DNA from: an archaeon | Lineage (GTDB): Archaea > Nanobdellota > Nanobdellia > Woesearchaeales > GW2011-AR4 | Length of the DNA stretch: 64,000 nucleotides | NCBI GenBank assembly: GCA_002688925.1 | Contig: NZEC01000018.1 | Location: forward strand, 59,131 to 123,130 | Direction: 5' to 3' | Part shown: positions 39,310-48,635 of the stretch, piece after piece | How the letters are laid out: each line of letters opens with the position of its first letter | How positions within the stretch are numbered: position 1 is the first letter of the stretch | Made by a program: the position numbers and the translations under genes | Notes under the pieces: generated by a model | Database searches by the model: none | Seen by the model: the letters and a program-made list of their open reading frames with translations, nothing else | Told to the model about the DNA's origin: nothing

Positions 39310-39747
39310 TTTTTTCTTCTCAAAGTCTTTCATCAAAGAACCATTATCCATCTTTATGGAATAAGCATAACTGTCTAATTTTTTTGATTTGATAAACTCT
39401 ATAAATTTTTCCTGTTTTTCTTTATCCCACTTATTAAATATAAAATGAGTTTTGCATTCAAACTGTCTCTCACAATCCTTATCCAGATTCCTAAAATCCC
39501 TGCCACTATTGATTTCAGGATGGCCTGGACAGTAAAATTTCTCATCTTTATAAATCACATTAAAGCAAACACCAGAATCATGCAGATTTAATGAGCGTTT
39601 CATAAACTTAGGAGTTGATTTCTTGTTTTTCCATTCTAAAGTATTTTTTCTGATATCTCTCAATATCCTTTTCTTTCCCTTATAGGAATTTCCGCAGCAT
39701 CCAAAACAGCTTAATCCCAATTCTTCTGACTGGCATAAGTTTATCAT
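39307..39747 (-). CDS. Hypothetical Cys-rich protein
   Basis: 146 aa. CFGCCGNSY ... CPGHPE ... CERQFEC. Its stop codon overlaps the tRNA-Met 3' end. Confidence 0.35.
   Translation of the reverse strand: MINLCQSEELGLSCFGCCGNSYKGKKRILRDIRKNTLEWKNKKSTPKFMKRSLNLHDSGVCFNVIYKDEKFYCPGHPEINSGRDFRNLDKDCERQFECKTHFIFNKWDKEKQEKFIEFIKSKKLDSYAYSIKMDNGSLMKDFEKKK
39310..39315 (+). terminator. Poly-T terminator after tRNA-Met
   Basis: tttttt directly after the tRNA. Confidence 0.35.
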
Positions 39748-39819
39748 AAAGTTAAGTATATTATGTTTCTATTTAAGATTAAGGTTGTTAAAAAGCCAGT
39801 GCTTATGTGAGGCCTTAGA

Positions 39820-39854
39820 GAGCTTATCAATTTGGTAATTTACGCGCAAGCACT
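39820..39854. repeat. 35-bp exact inverted duplicate (copy B) inside a compact hairpin element (~39797-39858)
   Basis: gagcttatcaatttggtaatttacgcgcaagcact is the reverse complement of 34434-34468. Flanking arms cagtgcttatgtg / cgcgcaagcactg are themselves inverted repeats. Confidence 0.6.
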
Positions 39855-39878
39855 GATTTTTGCCCCAATCTTTGTTCA

Positions 39879-41036
39879 CTAAAGCCCCAAGCCTTCAACA
39901 ACAATATTCGGCTCGAATTCTTTTAGGTCGTTATATTCCTGGCCAATACCCAAGTATATTATCGGTTTTTTTGTTATGTAGCTTACAGAGATTGCTGCGC
40001 CGCCTTTTTCATCGACATCTGCTTTTGTCAATAGAATGCTGTCGATTCCTATGGTATCATTAAAGTTTTGTGCCTGTTCGACGCAATCATTTCCAGTTAT
40101 ACTTTCTCCGACGAAAATCTTTAAGTCCGGATTTGCTACTTTTACTATTTTTTTGAGTTCATCCATAAGGTTGTCCTGGTTATGCAGCCTTCCTGCAGTA
40201 TCTATTAAGACAGCATCAATGTTCTTTGCTTTGGCATGCTTGATTGCATCGAATGCTACTGCTGCGGGGTCAGAGCCGTAATCGTGCTTGATTAGTTTTG
40301 TTCCAAGCTTGTCTGCATGATGCTGCAGCTGCTCTATGGAAGCTGCCCGGAAAGTATCGGAAGCAGCCAAAACAGAAGAGATATTATTTTCTTTGAGCAT
40401 ATTTGCTATTTTTGCGATGCTTGTTGTCTTGCCTGAGCCATTTATACCAAAGAATGCAATGACAAAAGGCTTATCTTCTTTATTGCTTATATAGTCCAAT
40501 AAGTTTGGCTTTTCAACATTAAACAAATCTTCTATAGAATTTTTTAATGATAATTTAATTGTCTCTTCGACTTTTGTCCTCTTGATCGGTGTTTCTACCA
40601 GGTTTTTTTCCAGGTCTGATTTTATTTTTTCTATAACTTCCAGGGCAACATTGTTTTCCAGCAATATTAGCTCCAAATCAGAGAATAAATTTTCAAATTG
40701 TGCCTGGCTTATTTTTTTTGTTGTTATTTTTTCTGTTAATTTTCCAAAAAAACCTTTTTCTTTTGTTTCTTCTGTTTTTCCAGTATCTATTTTTGGCTCT
40801 TCTTTAATCTCTTCTTCTTTGATTACTGGCTTTTCTTCTTTAATTTCTGCATCTATTACCTGTTCTTCTTTTTTGACTTCTTCTTGGCTTATCTCTTCTT
40901 TTTTTGACTCTATTTTCTCTGCTTCGATTTCATCTTTTGGAATATCTTCTACTTTAGCTTCTTCCTCTACATTACTGGAAATCTTGGAGATAGCTCCTTT
41001 TAACTTTTCTTTTAAAAATTTAAACATGGGCAACAA
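39879..41036 (-). CDS. ftsY: Signal recognition particle receptor FtsY
   Basis: NG domain motifs GINGSGKTTSIAKIA, DTAGR and TKADVD. Acidic/lysine-rich N-terminal A-domain. Confidence 0.85.
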   Translation of the reverse strand: MLPMFKFLKEKLKGAISKISSNVEEEAKVEDIPKDEIEAEKIESKKEEISQEEVKKEEQVIDAEIKEEKPVIKEEEIKEEPKIDTGKTEETKEKGFFGKLTEKITTKKISQAQFENLFSDLELILLENNVALEVIEKIKSDLEKNLVETPIKRTKVEETIKLSLKNSIEDLFNVEKPNLLDYISNKEDKPFVIAFFGINGSGKTTSIAKIANMLKENNISSVLAASDTFRAASIEQLQHHADKLGTKLIKHDYGSDPAAVAFDAIKHAKAKNIDAVLIDTAGRLHNQDNLMDELKKIVKVANPDLKIFVGESITGNDCVEQAQNFNDTIGIDSILLTKADVDEKGGAAISVSYITKKPIIYLGIGQEYNDLKEFEPNIVVEGLGL

Positions 41037-41044
41037 CTCAATTA

Positions 41045-41467
41045 TTATTTTTTAACTGTAGAAGCAATTTTGTTTATCTCGGTTTCGAGCATAGCTGCTT
41101 TTGTTGTATACTTCTGCAGCTCGGTTATAGTATTTTCCTGGAGTTTTTTGAGTTCATCAACCTGGGTTTCTATGAGTTTTTTTGTTGAAGTTAAGTCTTT
41201 GACTATTGTTAGATTTGAGCCTACATTTACAATGAAATTATTGCTGTCTTTAAGCTCTGCTTTTGCATATATCCCGCTGCTTAACGGCACTAATATCTCT
41301 GTATCTTTCTTTACCTTTTTCATGTCTTCCAGGCCCTGGTTTGTTATTATGAGTTCGGTCATCTGGCTATTCAATACAGTATTCTGCTTTTCAAGCTGCT
41401 TTATGTGCTGGTCCAGCATCTGGAATTCAAGATAAAGCTTTTGTAGTTGCTCTTCGTTTCCTGCCAT
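41045..41467 (-). CDS. pfdA: Prefoldin alpha subunit
   Basis: 140-aa coiled-coil protein with two central beta-hairpin segments (ILVPLSSGIYAKAEL..NFIVNVGSNLTI). Confidence 0.6.
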   Translation of the reverse strand: MAGNEEQLQKLYLEFQMLDQHIKQLEKQNTVLNSQMTELIITNQGLEDMKKVKKDTEILVPLSSGIYAKAELKDSNNFIVNVGSNLTIVKDLTSTKKLIETQVDELKKLQENTITELQKYTTKAAMLETEINKIASTVKK

Positions 41468-42436
41468 TTAAACCCTTTTCTCCAGTTTTCCGTATAGTTT
41501 TTCATAGAAAACTCCCATGGGTGTTCCTTCATGAGCCCTTTTTATTGTTTCTGCAAGCAAAGGCCCTATGGAAATTGTTTTTAGTTTCTTGATCCTTTTT
41601 TCTTTTGGAAGCTCTATTGTATCTGTTACAAAAATTTCCTTTATATTGGATTTTTGCAGTCTTTTTATTGCAGGACCGGATAAAACAGGATGCGTTGCCA
41701 AAAGATATATGTCTTTTGCGCCATATTTTTTCAGCAAAGATGCGGCTTCTGTTACAGTGCCAGCTGTATCTACCATGTCATCCACTATGATAACTGTCTT
41801 GTCTTTTACATCCCCTATGATATTTTCCACTTTTACAATTCCATGCTCGGGCCTTCTTTTATCAACTATTGCTATGGGTGCATGTACAACTCTTGCTATA
41901 GCGCGGGCTCTTTTAGCTGCTCCAACATCCGGAGCAACAAAAACCAAGTCCTTAAGTTTTTTGCTCAATATATATTCTGCATATATAGGCACTAAATCAA
42001 GATTATCAGATGGAATATCAAAAAAACCCTGCAATTGCGGAACATGCAGGTCAAATGTCATGATATTATCCACTCCTGCTGCTTCAATTAGCTTTGCAAC
42101 AAGCTTTGCAGTTATTGGCTCTCTAGCTTTTGCTTTTCTGTCCTGCCTGGAATATCCGAAATATGGGATCACTGCTGTTATTCTGTGAGGGGATGCTCTC
42201 TTTAAGGCATCCACCATGATCAGAAGCTCCATGAGATTTAAGTTTGCATCAGAACTTGTCGGCTGTATTATAAATATGTCTGATCCCCTGACACTTTCCA
42301 GAATCCTGACATAGATTTCCCTATCGCTGAATTTGTGTATATCTGCTGGAGTTAATTCTGTATTTAGGTGCTTGGCTACTTCCAAGGCAAGCTTCTTATT
42401 TGCGCTTCCTGATATTATCCTAAGTTTTTTGTTCAT
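41468..42436 (-). CDS. prs: Ribose-phosphate pyrophosphokinase
   Basis: PRPP-binding VIIVDDMVDTAGT and flexible loop RQDRKAKARE. Start at MNKKLRIISGSAN (the ORF extends to 42511). Confidence 0.8.
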   Translation of the reverse strand: MNKKLRIISGSANKKLALEVAKHLNTELTPADIHKFSDREIYVRILESVRGSDIFIIQPTSSDANLNLMELLIMVDALKRASPHRITAVIPYFGYSRQDRKAKAREPITAKLVAKLIEAAGVDNIMTFDLHVPQLQGFFDIPSDNLDLVPIYAEYILSKKLKDLVFVAPDVGAAKRARAIARVVHAPIAIVDKRRPEHGIVKVENIIGDVKDKTVIIVDDMVDTAGTVTEAASLLKKYGAKDIYLLATHPVLSGPAIKRLQKSNIKEIFVTDTIELPKEKRIKKLKTISIGPLLAETIKRAHEGTPMGVFYEKLYGKLEKRV

Positions 42437-42488
42437 TTTAATCTGGTAAAAAGAACTGTGTTTTTGTTTAAAAAGGTTTGGGATTTTT

Positions 42489-43241
42489 TTAAGCTTCTCC
42501 CAGTTCTTCATTTACTTCTTTTTCTGACCTTACCATTATCTCTATTTCTCCGAAATGCTCTTCCTGGCTTAGGTTTATTTTTCTTTGGTTTGTTAAGTGG
42601 AGCAATGGGATGAAAGTATAGACTTTGTCTTCTTTTGTTTCTGCCGGAATCAGCTTGGAGAATGTGAGCTTGTTTTCCTTATTATTGAGAAAAAATGACT
42701 TTATTCTTCCGTAAACTTCTTTTATTATCTGCGTTATGTCCTTGGGTTTTTTTGGAGTTTCCAGATTCATTGGCGGAATTGAATTCAGGACCCTTCTTTT
42801 TTTTACTTCCAGTGCTTTTTCCAATGCGCCCATAAGATCGTAAATGGATACTTTTCTCTTCCTTGGCTGAGGAGTCCTTGGAATCAGAATCGGCTTTTCT
42901 GCATTTCCCTGGTAGTTTTGTTCTTCTTCCAGGTCAAGCTCTTCCAAAAGGCTTTCTTCTGATTCAGTTAGCAGCCTGTCAAATTCCGATAAATCCTCAT
43001 TAAGTAGCCTGTTTGATTTGATTTTCAGCAGTATTGCAACAGCAAGCAGGACTTTTCCAGAAACCCTGAAATCCAACTCCTTTAGCTTTTTTATTATTTC
43101 TATATATTTTTTAGTAAGCATGCTAACATTGATGTCCCATGGATCCATCTGCTCTGTCTTAACAAGCTCATAAAGCAAACTCTGCCAGGTAACCTCATCC
43201 TTGTTAAACAAGATTTCAAATATCTTTTCGTGATTTTCCAT
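42489..43241 (-). CDS. scpA: Segregation and condensation protein A (ScpA kleisin)
   Basis: N-terminal FEGPLDLL-like region (EQMDPWDINVSMLTKKYIEII). 250 aa. Confidence 0.65.
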   Translation of the reverse strand: MENHEKIFEILFNKDEVTWQSLLYELVKTEQMDPWDINVSMLTKKYIEIIKKLKELDFRVSGKVLLAVAILLKIKSNRLLNEDLSEFDRLLTESEESLLEELDLEEEQNYQGNAEKPILIPRTPQPRKRKVSIYDLMGALEKALEVKKRRVLNSIPPMNLETPKKPKDITQIIKEVYGRIKSFFLNNKENKLTFSKLIPAETKEDKVYTFIPLLHLTNQRKINLSQEEHFGEIEIMVRSEKEVNEELGEA

Positions 43242-43393
43242 ATTGTTGTTATCTTTGATTTGTTTATATATAAATTTAATGGAATAAAATACATCAAAAC
43301 ATTTTTATATTGCTCAAATTTCTTTTTAATGAAGCTGCCATTCTTTATTGAATGGCAGAATGGAGTACATTCCTTATGGAATTGCAATTCAAT

Positions 43394-43467
43394 GGGCCCG
43401 TGGTCTAGCCTGGTATGACACCTCCCTTACACGGAGTAGATCACCAGTTCAAATCTGGTCGGGCCCA
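43394..43467 (+). tRNA. tRNA-Val (TAC)
   Basis: GGGCCCG/CGGGCCC acceptor. Anticodon loop CTTACAC. T-arm ACCAGTTCAAATCTGGT. 74 nt. Confidence 0.75.
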
Positions 43468-43473
43468 TTTTTT
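43468..43473 (+). terminator. Poly-T terminator
   Basis: tttttt immediately after tRNA-Val. Confidence 0.35.
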
Positions 43474-43475
43474 AT

Positions 43476-43633
43476 GCGCCAGTGGTCTAGTGATTTGTGA
43501 AGCATAGTTTTTTGCTCACAACTGGAAGCTATGATAGGGCCTTGCCAAGAGCTTTTTAGGAAAAACCTCGAAAAAAGTGGGGCTTTGCTTACGCAAAGAG
43601 GCTCTGACCCGAGTTCGAATCTCGGCTGGCGCA
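43476..43633 (+). tRNA. tRNA gene with ~80-nt intron (isotype unresolved)
   Basis: GCGCCAG/CTGGCGC acceptor and CCGAGTTCGAATCTCGG T-arm separated by 158 nt. Internal helix GCTTTGC...GCAAAG. Confidence 0.55.
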
Positions 43634-43684
43634 TTTTATTTTGATAATAAACTTTAAATACCAAACACTATTTTTTATTCTTAC

Positions 43685-43861
43685 GGGCCCGTAGCTCAGC
43701 CTGGTTAGAGCGCCGGTCTTATATGACCACTAATGGTACAAAATTTAAGCCATTAGAGAGCTAAGCCAGCCGGAAAGATAGTAAATCTTGGCTTGAGGTC
43801 AGGGGTTCAAATATCCCGGAGCTTTTCAAGAGCTCGGGATTTGAAAGTCCCTCCGGGCCCA
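43685..43861 (+). tRNA. tRNA gene with very long and probably multiple introns (177 nt; 5' exon reads as anticodon TAT?)
   Basis: GGGCCCG/CGGGCCC acceptor ends and canonical D-arm TAGCTCAGCCTGGTTAGAGCG. 5' anticodon-stem half CCGGT with loop CTTATA. Internal GGGGTTCAAAT and extra hairpins. Exon order could not be resolved. Confidence 0.45.
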
Positions 43862-43916
43862 TTTTTTCTAATAAAACAATAATCTTTAAAAATAAGATAC
43901 TTTCTCTCATAGATAC

Positions 43917-44010
43917 GCTCCTGTGGTGTAGTCCGGCCAATCATTTCGGCTTTTCGAAACCTAAAGGTTAAAAACAGCCGAGGACCTGGGTTCAAATCCC
44001 GGCAGGAGCA
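43917..44010 (+). tRNA. tRNA-Glu (TTC) with ~19-nt intron at 37/38
   Basis: GCTCCTG/CAGGAGC acceptor. Anticodon stem TCGGC/GCCGA with loop TTTTCGA. Intron AAACCTAAAGGTTAAAAAC. T-arm CTGGGTTCAAATCCCGG. Confidence 0.65.
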
Positions 44011-44017
44011 TTTTTTT
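44011..44017 (+). terminator. Poly-T terminator after tRNA cluster
   Basis: ttttttt after tRNA-Glu. Confidence 0.35.
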
Positions 44018-44087
44018 AAAAAATCCATTAAAAAAAGCGAAATGCTTAAATAAGCTTAAATTTAGGATTTAAAAAAATGATAATGAG

Positions 44088-44534
44088 GTGCAAAAAATGA
44101 AAATATTTTATGGATTGGTTTTAGTTCTGATGTTATTTATGAGTGCATGCGCTCAACAGCCTGCGGCTCAGCCAGAACCACAAGTGCAGCCTGAAGAGGA
44201 AGCTGCTGAAGAAGTTGTTGAGGAAGAAGTTGTGGAAGAAACTGAAGCAGCTGCTGAAGAGGAAGTTGTTACACCTGCTACAGGAAATGAAGTAAGAATA
44301 TTGGGTGTTGGCCAATATGATCCAGAAGATGTTACTATTAGTGCTGGTGAATCAATAACATTCTTTAATGAAGGTAATATTAGAACTGTAGTAACAATAA
44401 AAAGCAGCTCAGGTACTACAAATACGCCACTCATTGACGTAGGGGGCAAATACGAGCAAGAATTTAGTGAAGCTGGTGAATACGACGCTTGGGGCGTATC
44501 ATATGGTCCAGGTGTAAAAATAACTGTAGAATAA
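44088..44534 (+). CDS. Secreted/lipoprotein-like beta-sandwich protein with acidic linker
   Basis: Signal peptide and Cys (FMSACAQQPAAQPEP) nearly identical in design to the 13662 ORF. E/A/V-rich linker. The C-terminal domain lacks Cys/His copper ligands. Confidence 0.45.
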   Translation: MQKMKIFYGLVLVLMLFMSACAQQPAAQPEPQVQPEEEAAEEVVEEEVVEETEAAAEEEVVTPATGNEVRILGVGQYDPEDVTISAGESITFFNEGNIRTVVTIKSSSGTTNTPLIDVGGKYEQEFSEAGEYDAWGVSYGPGVKITVE

Positions 44535-44572
44535 GTACTTTTTATTTTTCTTTTTTCATGTTATTGCTTTAG

Positions 44573-45847
44573 TTAAATAAACTCGCTTAAGCCTTTTTGT
44601 TTTCTATTTTGCGGGTTTTTATCTTTTTTATCCATATTATCTTCTATAATTTCATCGTTTAAAATAGGCTGGCCATAAACTCCGTCATAGCCCGGTTTAA
44701 TCTTAATATTACCATGCCTTATTTTGATAATTGCATCTGCAATCTTTTCATGGGTTGCTTTGCTTAACTCTTCCTTGTCTGCATCTAAAAGAATATGGAA
44801 TTCTGACTTGAACTTATTAATCAAATTATAATATTCCTGCCATACTTTTTTTGTAGCAACACTGGAATTTAATAATGCAGAGATTATCTCTGATAATGGA
44901 ATTAAGGATTTAAATGGAACTGCATTTTTTGGTTTAAAGCCTTCTGGCCTGTCAGCAAGTTCCTCAACCCTATGCAAGACGCCTATTGTCAGGCTTCTCT
45001 TACATTTCTGGCAGATGTTCTTGTTTTTTAGAGATTCTTTTGGATCTAAACAGATATTACAATTCCTATGCCCATCTAGATGATATTTACCATAGTTCGG
45101 GTCTACTTCGATTGTTTCTTTGAAACCTTTCTTTGTTCTTATTGCTTCAATTAGATTATTGTATGTTAAATTTATGTCTAAAACATTAGCTTCCCTCCCC
45201 ATGCGCCATGGCCAGAAGCTATGTAAATCTGAGTTGCTTATTAGTGTATATTTGTCTAATTGGCTTAAGCGCCAGTTCATTGCAGGGTCTGAACTTAAGC
45301 CTGTTTCTAAAGCATAAATATGCTTGCTTTGGTCCTTAAAGCACTCTTCAACAGAATTAAAATCATTCATGCTTCCAAACAATGAAAACCAAGGTGTCCA
45401 TGCATGAGCCGGAATTATCTCTATTTTTTCATCGATTTTTTTCATCATCTCAACAAGTTCCGGGCATGAAAATCCAAAAATAGGCCTGCCGTCATAATCA
45501 AGCCTTCCTTTTTTTCCTAAAGCTTCATTAATTTGCTCGACAACATCAAAGCTTTTTGTAAGAATTATATTATGGATTCTTCTTCCCTTTCCATCCTGAG
45601 TGTAGATGTTGGAAATTTCTGTCTGCAATATAAAATTAAAACCTGTTTTTGTCTTCAAAATTCCAGAGCCATCCTCTGCCAGTTCCTGTTTTAATTCTTT
45701 TATCCATTCTGGATGTGTAAAGTCTCCTGTTCCCAGAAGATTTAAACCTTTAATTTTAGCATACTTTTCCAGATTTTTTATATTAAGGTCTTTGCTGGTT
45801 GCCCTGCTGAATCGTGAATGAATGTGTAGGTCTGCGATTATTTTCAT
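44573..45847 (-). CDS. PHP-domain nuclease, EndoQ-like (endonuclease Q family)
   Basis: N-terminal PHP motif IIADLHIHSRFS. Internal zinc-finger cluster HRNCNICLD...CQKCKRS. 424 aa, comparable to Pyrococcus EndoQ. Confidence 0.55.
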   Translation of the reverse strand: MKIIADLHIHSRFSRATSKDLNIKNLEKYAKIKGLNLLGTGDFTHPEWIKELKQELAEDGSGILKTKTGFNFILQTEISNIYTQDGKGRRIHNIILTKSFDVVEQINEALGKKGRLDYDGRPIFGFSCPELVEMMKKIDEKIEIIPAHAWTPWFSLFGSMNDFNSVEECFKDQSKHIYALETGLSSDPAMNWRLSQLDKYTLISNSDLHSFWPWRMGREANVLDINLTYNNLIEAIRTKKGFKETIEVDPNYGKYHLDGHRNCNICLDPKESLKNKNICQKCKRSLTIGVLHRVEELADRPEGFKPKNAVPFKSLIPLSEIISALLNSSVATKKVWQEYYNLINKFKSEFHILLDADKEELSKATHEKIADAIIKIRHGNIKIKPGYDGVYGQPILNDEIIEDNMDKKDKNPQNRKQKGLSEFI

Positions 45848-45896
45848 GGATAAAGAGAAAGCTATATTATTTTTAATGTTTTTGCTTAATTAAATT

Positions 45897-47339
45897 CTAA
45901 TTGAGATATTTCTTCAGGATTTCCATTATTTTCTTTCCGTCTGCCTTACCTCTGTACTTCCCCATAAGAATTCCCATGTAGGCTCCTATGCTCAGGCCTT
46001 TCTTTTCCTCAATTATTTTTTTTATTTCTTTGTCCAGTTCTTTTTCAGAAACAGCAGCGAATTTATCAAAGTCTATTTTTTCATTTTTTATTTTTTTTAT
46101 AAAGATATCAATAGCGCCATCGTCGTTTATTTTTCTTTCATTTAAGTAGCCTAATACTTCCTCAAAATCTTTATCTTGTAGTTTTGTTATATCCAGTTTA
46201 AATCTTTTCTTAATCTCTTTAGGAACATTGATTAAATAATAGGCAATAAGCTGGCTGTTGAGTTTCTTGAAATTTTTAACGTATGTTTCGTAATTAGGAT
46301 TATCAATCAATTCTTTGGCCAAATCTTGTAAAATATTATGCTTTTTTTGAAATTCTTCTAATCTCTCTGATTTTAATTTCGGCAATTCTTTTTTTAATTT
46401 TTCAATATGCTCCTTTTTTATCTTTACAGGAGAGCAGTCTGTCTCTGGGTATAAGCGAGCGGCACCAGGCATAGGTCTTAGGAAAGAAGTTGTAAGGTCC
46501 GGCTCTGCTTTTCTGACTTCTTTGTTGATTTTTTTACTGTTTTTTATTGAATTCAATTGCCTCTTTATTTCATATTCAATGACTTTTGGTATTGACTTTA
46601 AGTCCTGGAAGCCCTTTATTTCTGTTCTTTCTCCTTTAGTTATTGAAGTGTTGACATCCTGCCTTATTGTGCCTAATCCTCTCTTGATGTTTTCAACGCT
46701 TCTCAAAACCATGCCTATATGTGAAGCAGTTTCCTTTGCATGTTCCGGGTTTTTTATTTCAGAGCCTGTGGCTATTTCTATTAACGGAATGCTTAGCCTA
46801 TCAAGCCTGTACCTGACAAAATCATTTCCTTCTTCCTGTTTCTTGGCTGCTTCCTCTTCAAGGCAGATTATTGGAATTGTAACTTTCCCTTGGGAAGTCT
46901 CGATAAAGCCATTTACAGCTATTAAGGCAGTTCTTTGGAACCCCGATACGTTGCTTCCATCAACAACTGTTTTTCTCATGACCTGTATTTCATCGGCAAT
47001 TTTTGCATTTAAGAGCAATGCAACCTTGATTGCTGTTTCCAAAGCTTTCCTGTTTAATTCATTTGGAGGCTGCTCATCATATTCAATCAAGCAGGTGTCT
47101 GAAGAATCAGCTTCATAGATGAACTTCTTTTTTTTCTGCATCTCATGCTTTGCAGCGATGTCAATTTCTCCTGTTTCCCCTGCTACTGCCCTCAACCTTC
47201 TTTCAAATTTTACATTAGGATCATTATCAGAATTAATAGTTGGGCAATTACAGAATAGTTTTTTTCCTTCTAATTGCTGGTGGATCTCAAGGCCGCATTT
47301 AAAGCCAAGTTCATTATAATTGACTTCCATGTTGGGCAT
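45897..47339 (-). CDS. gatE: Glutamyl-tRNA(Gln) amidotransferase subunit E (archaeal GatE), short form
   Basis: GLEIHQQL motif (GatE-type, vs LEVHV in GatB). GatB/E catalytic core and C-terminal YqeY-like tail. 480 aa. Confidence 0.7.
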   Translation of the reverse strand: MPNMEVNYNELGFKCGLEIHQQLEGKKLFCNCPTINSDNDPNVKFERRLRAVAGETGEIDIAAKHEMQKKKKFIYEADSSDTCLIEYDEQPPNELNRKALETAIKVALLLNAKIADEIQVMRKTVVDGSNVSGFQRTALIAVNGFIETSQGKVTIPIICLEEEAAKKQEEGNDFVRYRLDRLSIPLIEIATGSEIKNPEHAKETASHIGMVLRSVENIKRGLGTIRQDVNTSITKGERTEIKGFQDLKSIPKVIEYEIKRQLNSIKNSKKINKEVRKAEPDLTTSFLRPMPGAARLYPETDCSPVKIKKEHIEKLKKELPKLKSERLEEFQKKHNILQDLAKELIDNPNYETYVKNFKKLNSQLIAYYLINVPKEIKKRFKLDITKLQDKDFEEVLGYLNERKINDDGAIDIFIKKIKNEKIDFDKFAAVSEKELDKEIKKIIEEKKGLSIGAYMGILMGKYRGKADGKKIMEILKKYLN

Positions 47340-47757
47340 TTAATCTGAACAATTATAAAAAACTATCCCTTATAAATTTTTTAATAACAATTATATCAGA
47401 AATCCTATAATCTCTTTATGCAATTAGGTGCATGAATAAAAATATTAATTGAACAAATTCTTATCCACAAGCACATCCTCAAATTCAGCTTCATAAGGCA
47501 TTATTTTTCACCAGTTATTCTGCAAAAAGCTTTTGTTTTGGTGTGGTTGCTCTTAACAGCAACTTCCTTAAGATAAACTAATACATTCAGGTCCTTTTTG
47601 CCGTCATTCAGTGTTATTAATTTTTCGTCAAAAGCTTCCATTTTTGTCAAACAAGGCATATCTGGAGCATAATACTATAATAAGGTATTCCTAAAAAAAG
47701 GAAAAAATTTACAATATTATGGCAATATTTTTAAATAAATGGAATATATATTCCATT

Positions 47758-48198
47758 ATGGACAAAAAAGACGAAAAAATACTCAATATTTTGAAAGAAA
47801 ACTGCAAATTATCCACTCAGCAGATTTCCAAGAAAACACTGATTCCTATAACAACAATATATAATAGAATAAAAAAACTTGAGAAGAAAGGGATAATAAA
47901 AAAATACACTCTTTCATTGGACTACAAAAAGATAGGGAAGCCCATATTGGCCTATATTCTTGTTACAGTGGATTACAAGATACTTAAGCGAATAAATAAA
48001 ACACAGCATGATCTTACGAGCATAATAAAAAGGGAAGAAGCTGTGGAAGAAGCAGTTAGATTAACAGGAGTTGTAGATATTATGGTAAAGGTCAGAGTTA
48101 AAAGTATAGATGAACTTGATGCTTTTATTACAAAATATATCAGAAATATTGAGGGTGTAGAAAAAACGGAGACAATGATTGTTTTAGGTGAGGTCTAA
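47758..48198 (+). CDS. Lrp/AsnC-family transcriptional regulator
   Basis: HTH (DEKILNILKENCKLSTQQISKKTLIPITTIYNRIKKLEKKGIIKKY) plus C-terminal RAM domain. Start at MDKKDE. Confidence 0.7.
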   Translation: MDKKDEKILNILKENCKLSTQQISKKTLIPITTIYNRIKKLEKKGIIKKYTLSLDYKKIGKPILAYILVTVDYKILKRINKTQHDLTSIIKREEAVEEAVRLTGVVDIMVKVRVKSIDELDAFITKYIRNIEGVEKTETMIVLGEV

Positions 48199-48624
48199 AA
48201 ACTCGTCTTTCATTAGCCTATCATTAATCTCTCCTCTTAAATTTTTAGTAATTAATTCTTTAACTTCTTCTTTTTTGCAGTTTCCAAGCAGCCAGGATAA
48301 TTTAATAAATGCTGTTTCTGCAAGCATGTCTTTTCCGGGAATAACGCCGATTTTTGTCAGATCCACTCCTTTATCGTAAACATGCATATGCACTTTTCCA
48401 AATAAACATTGGGTTGTCATTACAATAATGCATCCGGAATCAATAACTTTTTTTAATGCAGGGTAGATTTTTTCATGTATTTTGCACCATTCATTTGGAG
48501 CCTGTCCTGGAGTGTGTCCTAAGCCTGTGCCTTCTATTATCAAGCCCTTATAACCTTTGTACAATTCAAACTGCTCGGGAAACATATTAACGTGGATTTT
48601 TAATAGACCTATTTTTTCTTCCAT
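48184..48624 (-). CDS. gatD: GatD C-terminal fragment (asparaginase C-terminal domain)
   Basis: GLIIEGTGLGH motif of the asparaginase C-domain. Separated by 11 nt and a +1 frame offset from the upstream GatD N-part. Confidence 0.5.
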   Translation of the reverse strand: MEEKIGLLKIHVNMFPEQFELYKGYKGLIIEGTGLGHTPGQAPNEWCKIHEKIYPALKKVIDSGCIIVMTTQCLFGKVHMHVYDKGVDLTKIGVIPGKDMLAETAFIKLSWLLGNCKKEEVKELITKNLRGEINDRLMKDEFLDLT

Positions 48625-48635
48625 CCTCGGCTTTA

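Noticed and set aside
41568-42188. 206-aa plus-strand ORF antisense to prs
   Set aside because: It overlaps a well-supported PRPP synthetase on the other strand and has no recognisable features.
46522-47118. 198-aa plus-strand ORF antisense to gatE
   Set aside because: Shadow ORF with hydrophobic low-complexity translation.
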